From: the human T2T-CHM13v2.0 reference genome, Homo sapiens
Length of the DNA: 64,000 nucleotides
Assembly (NCBI RefSeq): GCF_009914755.1
Contig: NC_060935.1
Strand: one strand, 5' to 3'
Shown: positions 29,270 through 40,669 of the stretch, piece after piece
How the letters are laid out: every line of letters begins with the position of its first letter
How positions within the stretch are numbered: the first letter of the stretch is position 1
Position numbers and translations under genes: made by a program
Notes under the pieces: model-generated
The model's input: the letters and a program-made list of their open reading frames with translations, nothing else
Databases searched by the model: none
What the model was told of the DNA's origin: nothing

Positions 29270-29595
29270 GGCTGGGCACGGTGGCTCATGCCTGTAATCC
29301 CAGCACTTTGGGAGGCTGTGGCAGGTGGATCACTTGAGGCCAGGAGTTCGAGACCAGCCTGGCCAACATGGCAAAACCACATCTCTATCAAAAATACAAA
29401 AATTAGCCAGGTATAGTGAAATGTGCCTGTAATCCCAGCTATTCAGGAGTCTGAGGCCAGAGAATCACTTGAACCCGGGAGAAGGAGGTTGCAGTGAGCC
29501 AAGATTGTGCCACTGTACTCCAGCCTTGGTGACAGAACAAGTGAGACTTTGTCTCAAAACCAAACCAACAAACAAATGACAACAACAAGAACAAA
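29270..29595 (+). mobile_element. AluS (Sz/Sx-like) SINE
   Basis: GGCTGGGCACGGTGGCTCA head, CAA-rich tail, degenerate TSD AAATACCAATTGG / AAAACCCAGTTGG. Confidence 0.96.
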
Positions 29596-31099
29596 ACCCA
29601 GTTGGTAAAGTGGATAAATGGCTGCCATCCTCAAGAGTGCAATCTTCCCCTTCCCCACCCTTCCTGATATCCAGCAGCTAAAACAGTAACATCAGGTAGG
29701 CACAGAAGCAGGTCTCTGGTTCCCAGATCCAGTTTAATCCATTTGTATTTTGATTGGTCAATGTAAATACCACTCAGTCTCTTGTAAATCTTGCCTCCTC
29801 ACTTGGTTCTGTCATTGAATCCAAAGGAGACAAAGGGATAGTGACATCTCACTCTCTGGTCTCCTGCCTTGCCCAGGCAATGGGGGCTTCAGTAGGGAGA
29901 AGGCTGGTGCCTGTCAGCTGTCCAGCTAGCCCTCTTCCACCCATACACTTACACTCAGGGCAGAGCAGGAGGCACTCAGCCATAAAGATACCGCTGTTCA
30001 CTGGTGGGGGTACAGGGAACCCAATGCCTGAAGGTTGGAACTCATTTAGTCCGAAATATGTGTGGTAGACATTGCCAGCCAGCATTCTCACTACTCCCTT
30101 TGTTGGAGGGAAACTATGGCCTCCTTGGAATATTAGCTTTTAGCGAACTGGATAGAGACTGAGATAGCCGGGGCTGTGGTGTAACTGGGGCAGCTGGGGA
30201 TGTGGGAAACATTGCAGGGTCCATGCTCATAGAGAAAATTCCGTGGGTTTGGTTTAGAGGAGATTAGACCTGGGGATGCTGAAGAAAAGTCCTCCTTTTT
30301 ACCATCTCTATTAATTTTTACCTTTTAATGCAACAATTCTGTTAAAACCCATCAAATGTCTGCCTTCTTGATCAAATGTAACAAAATACATTTGTAAATA
30401 TAATGTGTAAATATAAATGTGGCTGACTGCCACACGGCTCTACTTCACACCTTTAACCTGAAGGATTAAGTTGAGACCCATTAAATGAGATGTTGCAATA
30501 AATACTTTTTGCGACTTGGTCAATAATATAGATACTGAGTATATTAAAAATACAGTATTTTCAAGACCAAAAGCACGATAGTGTAATTACCATTAATTTG
30601 ACAGGAGCTATGAATATTCAGCACCAAGCATATTATTGTTGGTGTAAAGATAAATGATCTGCTTATTGATAGTGTCATCGAATGAGCATGATTTTAATGA
30701 GATTTTCATTTAAATAGTTTTATCTGGTTTCTTATGTTAAACCATAGGATAGAAAAGGACTTTACGTAGCTCATAACATCTGATATAAATAAAAGATCAC
30801 AAAAAATGCCTTCTAAAAATCAACAAAAAATTTGGGCATAGTTAGAATAATTTGATGGACAATTTATGCTATAAGTCATCATTTAATAAATGGTAGTTTA
30901 CACACACTCATACAAAAATACTGAGTGTTGGTGTATTTAGAGAATGGGGAATATACTTGAATTTTTGCTTTATATGTTAATTATATATTATTTTATATTG
31001 CTGTACAAGTTGTGACATAATTTGAATATCACCCTGTAATCACACTAATAAATGTGTAATGCCAGGTTGGGATGGGATTACCATTCTACAGGGGAAGGG

Positions 31100-31765
31100 T
31101 CCAGTTCTATGAGCATGTAGTAAAGTAATATTTCATATATTGGGATGGTCAGGGAGAACTTTTGTCTGGTAGTGATAAGTCAACTACAATATAAGGATGA
31201 TTAGAAATAAAAGCATTCTAGATTTACCCAAGATGTGTGAAAGGTGGTATGTTGGAAAGGAGCTGGTTGTGTTCAGAGAACTGAAAGAAGGCTAGTGGAC
31301 TGGAGTGGAATGAATAATAGAAAGAGCACTATGTGTTGAGGGTTGAGTCATAGTTGGAGGCCAGCCCATGTAGTATGTATGCCATAGGTCAGATGAAGAA
31401 TATAGTCTGCACTAATGCTGAAGCCGTTAAAGGAATTTGATGAGCTTGGTGAAGTGATTACATTTTAATTTAGAAAATACCACTCTGTAAGTGTAAAAAA
31501 CAAACTGGAGGGAGACAAGTGGCATTATTGAAAGACAAGATATTAGGAACTTTCAGTGGTTCAGGCAAAAATATGATGATAGCTAATAGTAGGCTATTAC
31601 TGTAGCAATGGAATGATGGACTAATACATGGAAAATTTAGGAAGATTTGTGTTAGATGTGGAGGATGAGAGAGAGGTAGATAAACAGTAGACAGAGTAGA
31701 AATATCCAAATTTACGTTTAGCTTTGCTGAGTTTGAGCTTCTTATATTGTGCCACATGAAAATTC
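31100..31765 (-). mobile_element. L2 LINE fragment
   Basis: TGTTCAGAGAACTGAAAGAAGGCTAGTGGACTGGAGTG, TTAGAAAATACCACTCTG, AGTAGGCTATTACTGTAG. Confidence 0.75.
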
Positions 31766-31811
31766 CATTCCCTTCTTTGGTGCTATAGAAAACAAATGGA
31801 ACCCTCAAAAT

Positions 31812-31965
31812 ATTGTTGCCAAAATCTACTTGGATCCCATTAGAATCACATGGGGAGCTCTATTCAGAGACTCTGATTCAATTGGTCTGGAGTAAGACCT
31901 AGGCATGAGAATGTCTTAAAAGCTCCTCAGGGGTTTCTAATGTACAGCGAGGCTGAAAACTACTG
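31812..31965. mobile_element. MER5A-like hAT-Charlie element
   Basis: CATTAGAATCACATGGGGAGCT..CAGAGACTCTGATTCAATTGGTCTGG..AAAGCTCCTCAGG..TCTAATGTACAGC..TGAAAACTACTG. Confidence 0.85.
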
Positions 31966-32974
31966 ATTTAGAGAGAAGTGTGGTTGGTTTGAACTATGAG
32001 GTTTAAGAGAAATGAATAGACAGCAAAGTAGAAATATTTTACAAGTGAACAAAAATACAGCAAAATCTTTGTAAAAATGATGCTTTCTCTTTGTCTCTGG
32101 CTTTGTCTAGGTTATGTTCAGTTTTTTTTGGTAAAAAAATCTTCCAGATGCAGGAGACTTAATTGAATCCACTAAGAAGCATTTAGAATTATTAACTCAC
32201 TAAAATATTGCTTCTTATTTGATTCCTTTTTTAGGGTATAAAAGCGAAAAAATCATGTTAATTCTGATTAGTTTTGTTTTGAATATTGATCGTTGGTGGG
32301 TTGCTAGCCTTTCAGAAATAAAAGTATCAACCACATTCTAAACTATTTAATAGGTCAGATGATATGTGGTTAGAAGGGTGTCTGTGCATGAGAGATAGGG
32401 TATACAAATGAATCATTTAATAGGTAAATATTAACTGATGAAACTGCAATGTCTTTCTTTCAACCTCAGAAGCTAAGTATTTAAAAGTAACATTTATTCT
32501 CATACTGGTGGCACTTACTAATGTCCTTGTATTTTAATGCATTGTTTGATTAGATGTAATAGACTATCGGCCTTCAAATAATAAGAAAATCTTTTTTTAT
32601 TGAAATTGGTAACTAGTTATAGTTAATTTTAAATACTAAAGTTTCCTTTAACATATATAATATTTTGGAATTATAAAGCCTGTAACAATAAAACAGGTAA
32701 AAATATGGGACCTTGTTCTGGAGATGTAAAAATGTCTAAGACATATTCTGTGCTCTAAGGAATCTTAAAAACCGACTGGTTAATAAATGAAATAAAATAT
32801 TGAACTTACAGAGTAGCATGTAACATTGAAAACCTGCAGATAAACAGTACAATTTTGTGCTTCCTATTTTAAGCATATGAACCAGAAAAATACAGCAAAA
32901 GGACTTCACAATTTGGAGAAACTTGCCCTCCCTCATGCCTGGGGGAGGAAGAAAAGAACCAAGTGATGATAACA

Positions 32975-33535
32975 CTAATAGCTACTGTGTTCTAGGCATT
33001 GGAATAAGTGAGTTTTATACATGACATCGTTAATACCCATGACAATTCTTTGGAGAAAATATTATTACTAACTCTGTTTTATGGATGAGAAAAATGCTTA
33101 GGAAGTCCTGCCCAATAGAAATACAAAAAGAGTGACAAAAAGAAGCCAGATATGTAATTTTAAATTTTCTAGTAGTCACATTAAAAAAAAAAAAAAGAAA
33201 AAGGAAACAATTAAAACGTAATAAATTGTGTTATAAAATCCAATATATGTAATCCAAAAATAGAATCATTTCAACATTTATTAAACTGGGATATTTTACA
33301 TTCCTTTTTCTGTACTAAAGCTTCATATATATTTGACACTTCCAGAATATCTCAATATGGACTAAGTACATTTTAAATACTCAATAGCCATATGTGGTTA
33401 GAAGCTACCACAGCTCAGACTTAGAGATTTTAAATAAGTTGTCCAAGTTTTAGCTACTGGAAAAAGGAAGAGCTGAAATTCAAACCTGGATGGTCTAACC
33501 ACAGAGCATGAGCTCTTAAATGCAATCCTGTTCTG
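32975..33535 (-). mobile_element. MIR SINE interrupted by MER33
   Basis: CTGTTTTATGGATGAGAAAA on the left; AAATAAGTTGTCCAAG..GAGCTGAAATTCAAACCTGG on the right. Confidence 0.75.
33103..33415. mobile_element. MER33-like hAT-Charlie element
   Basis: CTGCCCAATAGAAATA..ATATGTAATTTTAAATTTTCTAGTAGTCACATT..CTCAATAGCCATATGTGGTTAG. Confidence 0.82.
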
Positions 33536-35869
33536 CTTAGGAAGATTTGATCTCATATTAAGAAATCTAACTTGAGATCATCTTATTCATACAGAATTTT
33601 TTGAAAATTACAGAATACATATCCTCATTTCGCAAGCAAATAAATCGTCTTAATGAGGTTAGGTAAAATCCTAAAAGATTCACAATTAGTAACTAATACA
33701 ATCAGATGTTGAACCCACATCTGTCTAGTTTCAAAGCCCATATTTTAACTACACCACAAATAAATAACTAGATTCACTGAAAAGGAATTCAAAGGTAAGT
33801 AAGACCCCTCCCCACCCAATGGAAATAATAGATGGTAATTACCAAGCAGGGTGTTCTTATAACTAAGCACCCTTCTTCGCTTCTCTTATTTTTAAAAATT
33901 GTCTATGCTTTCTCATTCTCTTTAAAAATACAACAGTAAGTACTACCAACCCCACCATCACAACCACAAAAACTTCAATTAATGGGTTATGGCCTACAGA
34001 GCTCATGTTGTCTGTGGCATTTTATTGGCAAACAGCTGTAAGAAGTATGTAATAAACATCTAAGAACCATGCCTGGTATTTAGACTATAGTGGCATGTTA
34101 GGAACACAGTACCCCGTGGACACGATGCTGCAGCAATGATACAGCTTTCTAGGGAATAGCAGAGGTAGCCTCAGGCAACAAGGAGGTGGGAGGCTACTCT
34201 AATGCTTTATCATTAATGGCCTAGAAGACTTCATGTTATGGTGTCTTGGGTTTTAAATTAAATGTCAAATACAATTTGCCATTGAAAATGTGAAGTGTGG
34301 AACTGCCCTTAGAGACTCTGAGAATTCAGTCCTCTAATTGGTGGCTGCCTAGTACTGAGTAGAAATAGTTAGAGATTATTATTTGGTAAATTCTCACACC
34401 AGTCTGCAGAAATGTGTGGACTTTTACATCTTACACTTCAAGTCTGTAGTAAAATCTTGAGACAGTATTTTAAAATATGCAGTGTTCAATGTAGTTTTAA
34501 ATACAGTGGAACTGATAAACTCTTCCCTTTGGGATCATGCCATCATTTATGTCCTGATCTCTCTGACATTTAATCTATAATATCAGGAAATCTGTGAAAG
34601 AAACTGAAGCAGCACACGTTCTATTTACAGTGGTTTATTTAGTTGCCCCCTTCCCTGCTGACAAGAGTCTGTTTTAATAATAGGACGAATAAAAAGATTT
34701 CCAATCCACTTCAATGTGTTAGCATTATATCTTTCTGAACTATGTGTATATTAGCGCTAATTATGAGATGTGTTTAAGTCTAAAACTGTAGGCTTAAACA
34801 CAAAGGCGTTATTTTTACTGCCGGTTTTAATTAGAAACCTAAAGAAACACGTACAATTAAATATGCTCATAAAAATAATAGATACATTCCTATAATCCTC
34901 GTCAATTTGTTGCACCATTAATATCATTCCGCATGGCAGATTTAAGAATGTATTGGAGTAAGTCAAGTGGAAAATGGCAAAGAACAAAATTACTAGCATT
35001 TAAACCACTGTAACTGTTTTAGAACAGTGAGTACTGCTCTAGGTATCTGCTGCAATCACTGTTTTATTTTGCAACCACAATTTAAAGTTAACTGTTTGCC
35101 CATTTCATGTATCTCTTGTTTCTAAGAACAATTAATCTTGTACTAAAAATACACAGCTTCAGAATAAAATTGACTTCAAACATTTATTTTGCAAACATAA
35201 TTTTTAAAGGAAATATTAATATGCTTAAATTTTCCTGATACCAAGAGAAAGATTTATTTTACTTGAAGAAATATACTGTTTGGCAACTCTCCTCCTCCAT
35301 GTAATATGTAAACCCAGGTGGAGTAGGGTATCACAATGCCATTTTATAGGTTAAAAAATGTCTCCATGACTTTTCCAGCCACACGATACCTACAATAAGA
35401 GAACCTTAGGAGATATGCAAGCTTTATTCATAGATAACTTGAACTTCATACCAGATTTAGTCTAAATGATCATAAATTATGAAATGATAAGTTTAAAATT
35501 AAGTTTTATCACAATGTTATAGTTCATTGCAAAGTGAAATATAATTTTATATTCCTAGTTAAGATGTAAATGTTATTTTGAGATTGTTTATGACATGATT
35601 TTTACTATTAAAAATCATTTGGTAATATTAAAAGCTTAGTCTTATAAATCTTTAAACTATTAAACTGAAACAGTAGACTTTAAATAAAGATTAGGTCTTA
35701 TTATTTTCTCCACATGACCCAAATTATTGTTTTATTGTTTGTGATCTATTCCCTAAATCCTCTCTAAACATTAATAATTGTTCTTTTATACTTAAATCTT
35801 AAGTTGAAAGAGAAAACTAGACTAAGATAAAAATATTTATGGAATCCCTATATTTCTAGCATTTTTCAT

Positions 35870-36060
35870 TTATTTCACGTAAGTATCATAAAAATTTATG
35901 AAATAACTATTATTACCAATTATCTTTCATTTTCACATAAGGAAGCAGAGTGTCAGAATGGTTAAAAGTATCAAACACTATCACACAGCCAGGAACATGT
36001 CCAGCTGAGATTTAAAATTCATGTCTTCTCTTCCAAATCTCATGTTCTTTCTGTAATATT
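35870..36060 (-). mobile_element. MIR fragment
   Basis: CATTTTCACATAAGGAAGCAGAGTGTCAGAATGGTTAA..TCACACAGCCAG..AGCTGAGATTTAAA. Confidence 0.65.
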
Positions 36061-36684
36061 GCACATACTTCCCATACTATAGTCACTTTTGCAAAAGTAT
36101 TAAAAAGTTTTAAAGTGTTGTAGGAAATGAGTTCAACATAAAAATCCTTGTACCATATATGTAAATCATTTTCCTCATCTCTAGCCCCACAGTTTTAATA
36201 ATAATTAAGCTACTTGATTTAGTAATTTGATCCAGTATACTCATTTTTGTCATGTATTTTAAATCTTAGGTGCTTTCTTCTTTTGTGAAAGTGTTGAATT
36301 AATTACATCCAATATATGCAAAGATGGTGAATTTGCCTGTTACAGATACTTCTTTCTCCTGTGTCATCTGAGAAAATGTGAACAAGTCCCACAAGGACTC
36401 TCTTTGTTGTGCTTTGCCCCTGCATGATGTGGCCTTTTTTGAAGGATGTTATGAAAAACAATAATATAGACAAGATACCTGTAGAGTAAGAAGCTTCTAT
36501 ATTGGGAAAGTCTATAGAAGTAAGCACAGCACAGATAAAGGCCTAAGAACTAATGATAACTAAATATGTGTTGTGTTCAAGTTCTGAGACAAAGAAAGAA
36601 CGAAAAAGTGCATACAATGTATATTTGATATTAGGATTTTGTTATTATTTTCTTTGCTTACAATTTAAAGATAAATAAATTAAA

Positions 36685-37330
36685 TGTGATCATTTATTGA
36701 GTACCTAACAATGCACGGCATTTTGCTGGGTGTCTTCAAGACAAATGTAGACAACATATGGCATGCACTTTCAATGTGTTCACAGGTTCAGATCAGGAGA
36801 CACACTCATAATTGCTATATTATTATAACATAGATGTGGCCTGGGATACAAACTAATTGCTACAAAAAGCACAATAAAGTGTTAGATTAATGCAGAGGTC
36901 AAGAAAAAATTTTTTTCAAAGGCATGAGACTTAAAATATAGAGCAGAAATAGACTACCAAGAGCTAAAGAAAGTTTAGTCATGGGAAGGAGCATGAATGA
37001 AGAGCATCTTAAGTTTGGAAAGGGGCAAATGATACTCAACTGCTAAAGCAGTCTGAGCTACGGGGCTATGTCTGTCTTTCTCACTATTATATCTGCCTAT
37101 CACAGAAATTTGGTATATGATAGATGTACAGGTGCTCACTGAGGAATGAATGAAAATCTAGGGTATGTATGGGAAAAATATTAGATAAGTCTACGAAGGC
37201 AAATTATAACGAATTTTGAAGTATCTTGATAAACATCCAAAGCAGTCTGAAATGTATTCTGTAGCCCAATGACTGCCAGTAATACTACGTTAAAAAGAAA
37301 TAATCAGTTTTGCTTTTATGCAAAAACACT
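36685..37330 (-). mobile_element. L2 fragments, with an opposite-strand L2 3' end at ~37050-37155
   Basis: CATTTATTGAGTACCTAACAATGCACGGCATTTTGCTGGGTG; CAGGTGCTCACTGAGGAATGAATGAA. Confidence 0.55.
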
Positions 37331-37994
37331 ACCCTTTAATGTGTAGCATTCAGTCAGGATCTCCCTGCCCTCTTAAATCTTTACCCTTCATCTTCTGACA
37401 GATGCTGCCCAACCCTATCTGAAGAATCGTAACAACTCCACACTTGAGAAATAACTCTGCCCTACTCTGGAAGATTTAAGGACACCAGGTTAAAAATGAG
37501 CAGTACACTAGCTGACTGAATCCTCTGACATGCACAGTGGGCATGCCTGAAACTTCTTGTAGTGTAGAGCTTCCATTGAATTTTAATATATTAATATTCA
37601 CTGTATTTTGTGTTATGAAGGTTTTCTATGTTCTAACACATGATCTCCTTGAAATACAGTTCATCTCTTGTTTATACTTTTCTCTTAGCAGCTAGTATGG
37701 TGGTTGGTACTTTTTATGATTAATAAATGTTTATTAAAGGGTGTCAGTTGGATGTTCCAGAAATCAGAACTCTTACACTGAATAAGAAATGCCAAGAGAG
37801 AGTTAACAACTGGAGGGCCAAAGAGGAGATGGAGCACAGTTGAATAGGAAAGGTATTGGACTGACCTGCAGCTCTGACACCTGTGAAAAGGAGGAAGATA
37901 CAAGATTGCTCAGGGAAATCCTCAAATCATGTTTTGATGTGATGAATTCTGGGTCAAGGTTTCTCAGCCTCAGCACTATTGAAATTTTGGGCTC

Positions 37995-38288
37995 AGCCAG
38001 GTGCAGTGAATCACACCTGTAATCCCAACACTATGGGAAGCCAAGGCAAAAGAATGGCTTGAGCCCAGGAGTTTGAGGCTAGGCTGGGCAACAAAGTGAA
38101 ATCTCGTCTCTATGGAAAATCAAAAAATTGGCTACGTAGGATGGCATGTGCCTGTAGTCCTAGCTACTCCGGAGACTGAGGTTGTGGGAGAGCTTGAACC
38201 TAGGAGATCGGGGCTGCAGGGCTACAGTGAGGTGTGATCATGCCATTGCACTCTGGTCTTGGTGACAGAGGGAGATCTTGTCTCAAAA

Positions 38289-38319
<31 letters not shown>

Positions 38320-38320
38320 G
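37995..38320 (+). mobile_element. AluJ SINE
   Basis: GCTTGAGCCCAGGAGTTTGAGGCT AluJ signature, poly(A), TSD-like GAAATTTTGGG / GAAATGTGGG. Confidence 0.93.
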
Positions 38321-38364
38321 AAATGTGGGGACAAATATTTTCAATAATTTACTTTCCAAATTTA

Positions 38365-38790
38365 TCTCTTTGTTTTTAATTGTCATATAATAATTGTACG
38401 TATTTATGGGATATAATGTATTGTTTCAATACATTAATACATTGTGTAATGATTAATGCAGGGTAATTAACATATCTATCACCTCAAACATTTATAACTT
38501 CTTTGTAGTAAGAACATTCCAACTCCTCTCTTCTAGCAATTTATTGTTGACTATAGTCACCCTACTGTGTGATAGGACACTGTAACTTTTTCTTCATTTA
38601 AATTTGTAACTTTGTACCCAGTAACCAACCTCTTCCCATGCCTCCTCCCCTACACCCTCCCAAGTCTCTGGTAACCACTGTTCTGTTCACTACTTCTATG
38701 ATTTTAACTTTTAAAAATTCCACATATGAATGAGAACATATGGTATCTGTCTTTCTATGTCTGGCTTATTTCACTTAAGATAATGTCCCC
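38365..38790 (-). mobile_element. L1MA 3' end
   Basis: TAATAATTGTACGTATTTATGGG..ATCACCTCAAACATTTAT..TGACTATAGTCACCCTACTGTG..CTGGCTTATTTCACTTAA. Confidence 0.9.
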
Positions 38791-38811
38791 ATTGAGGAAG
38801 GCTGAATATTA

Positions 38812-38889
38812 TTAGGTTGTTCCAAAATAATTGTGGGTTTTGCCATTACTTTCAATGTCAAAACCGCATTTACTTTTGCGCCAACTTAA
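38812..38889. mobile_element. MADE1 (Hsmar1 MITE)
   Basis: 78-bp imperfect palindrome TTAGGTTGTTCCAAAATAATTGTGGGTTTTGCCATTACTTTCAATGTCAAAACCGCATTTACTTTTGCGCCAACTTAA, preceded by TA. Confidence 0.92.
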
Positions 38890-39961
38890 CACAATGTTTA
38901 CTAGTCTCTCTGGCCCCTACTACTAGATGCCAGTAGCATACCAGTGACAACAACAAAAAAATCTCCAAATATTGCTAAATGTTCCCTGGAGGGCAAAATC
39001 ACCTCTGGTGGAAATAAGTAGCCTGGGCCACCCCTCTTTGTACATCCAGAGCCAAGATTGCCTATTAGAGGCATCTCTCATTAGGCAGAAATGGACAGGT
39101 CCTTGTACCACCACCCTGCTCAGTCAGTGGTTGGGGCTGCTGGGAAATCACATGGCCCAAGCTAAGACACAGAGGTGGATCCTGGAGTTGCAAACAACTG
39201 GAAGCTGGCAGCTCACTGCTCCCTTTGCAGCTGAACTGAAAGTTTTTCCTTGGAAGGAACTTAGAGCAAGGTATCTTCAAGGCTGCCTCATAAAGGCCAT
39301 AGGTCCTCCTTTTCAGTTGAAGGCCTTGTGTTGTGCCTTGTCTGGTATGCCTTATTTGGCCACCTCTATTAAATTTATCCTTGATATATAATCTGTGCTC
39401 TGTTATATATATATTCCTGGAATAGAATTCTTTCTGTCAAAACATCTGCAACTTTAGCTATTCCCTTTCCTGGGTGATAAAAATCTCAGTTTGACTCTAC
39501 AGAATCATATTTCTCTGCATTCAAACCTTGAAATATAAAGCTCTTGGACTTCAGAAATGAAGTGATTTCTGCAAATGAACAATAGCACAAGAATAGCTAA
39601 ATATAGTCCACATTCATTTTATACAGCATCTTATATTTGGGTCACTGGCCAATTGACTGTGGTCACCTATTTCTTGTACTTTCTGCTTTTATTATACATT
39701 TCTGGAAAATATTAAGGTATCTGTCAAGTGGATCTTTCTGGTGGGTGGCTTTGCTGACCATCACATTTACTTGCACTTCTGATATCAAATTCAGTTAGGC
39801 CATAACTCTGCTAGACTTACTTTCTTAATCTGCTCTGACATTTCTCAGAGCATCTCAAAGATTGTGTGAGTCAATCACAATGGTCTAAAAATATCAAGGC
39901 ACAATGAACCTAGATAAACAATACATAGTTATTGTTGCTTTATTAGATATAATAGAAATTA

Positions 39962-40263
39962 GGCCGGGTGCGGTGGCTCATGCCTGTAATCCCAGCACTT
40001 TGGGAGGCTGAGGTGGGTGGATCACCTGAGGTCAGGAGTTCAAGACCAGCCTGGCCAACATGGTGAAACCCCATCTCTACTGAAACTACAAAAATTAGCT
40101 GTGCGTGGTGGCACACGCCTGTAATTCCTGCTACTCAGGAGGCTGCTGAGGCAGGAGAATTGCTTGAACTCAGGAATCGGAGGTTGCAGTGAGCTGAGAT
40201 TGCGCCATTGCACTCCAGCTTGGGTAACAGAGAGAGTCTGTCTCAAAAAAAAAAAAAAAAAAA
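39962..40263 (+). mobile_element. AluSx-like SINE
   Basis: GGCCGGGTGCGGTGGCTCA head, ATCACCTGAGGTCAGGAGTTC, poly(A). Confidence 0.97.
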
Positions 40264-40317
40264 GGAAATAAAGTAGGGGTAGTATTACCTTGAAAACTTT
40301 TCTAAATATAGGGACAT

Positions 40318-40669
40318 TGTGTTAAACTATTCTTGTGTTGCTGTTAAGAATACCTGAAGTTGCATAATTCATAAAGAAAGGGGTTTAATTGGCTCACAGT
40401 TATGCAGGCTGTATAAGCGTGGCACTGGCATCTGCTTAGTTTCTGGGGAGGCCTCAGGAAGCCTTTACTACGGTGGAAGGTGAAGCAGGACCAAGAGGAT
40501 CTTGTGAGAACTCGCTCACTATTGCAAGTATAGCACTGAGAAGACGGGGCTGAACTGTTCATGAAATATCTACCCTCAAGATCCAATCACCTCCCACTAG
40601 GCCCGACTTCCAACACTGCGAATTACAACTCAACTTGAGATTTAGAGGATACAACATCAAACTGTATTA
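40318..40669 (-). mobile_element. MSTB-like MaLR solo LTR
   Basis: GGTTTAATTGGCTCACAGTT..GGGGAGGCCTCAGGAAGC..ATCCAATCACCTCCCAC; TSD GACAT/GGCAT. Confidence 0.9.

Larger units (their letters stand above)
37955..39020. mobile_element. MER20 hAT-Charlie element, split (~37955-37991 and ~38890-39020)
   Basis: GGTTTCTCAGCCTCAGCACTATTGAAATTTTGGG on the left; CTAGATGCCAGTAGCA..TCTCCAAATATTGCTAAATGTTCCCTGGAGGGCAAAATCACC on the right. Confidence 0.85.
37743..39290 (-). mobile_element. Old ERVL LTR (LTR33-like), in two parts ~37743-37950 and ~39020-39290
   Basis: CTGACACCTGTGAAAAGGAGGAAG..GATTGCTCAGGGAAATCCTCA and CTTGTACCACCACCCTGCTCAGTCAGTGGTTGGGGCTGC. Confidence 0.65.

Noticed and set aside
38972-39391. 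139-aa ORF
   Set aside because: It spans MER20 and LTR sequence and shows no protein similarity I recognise.
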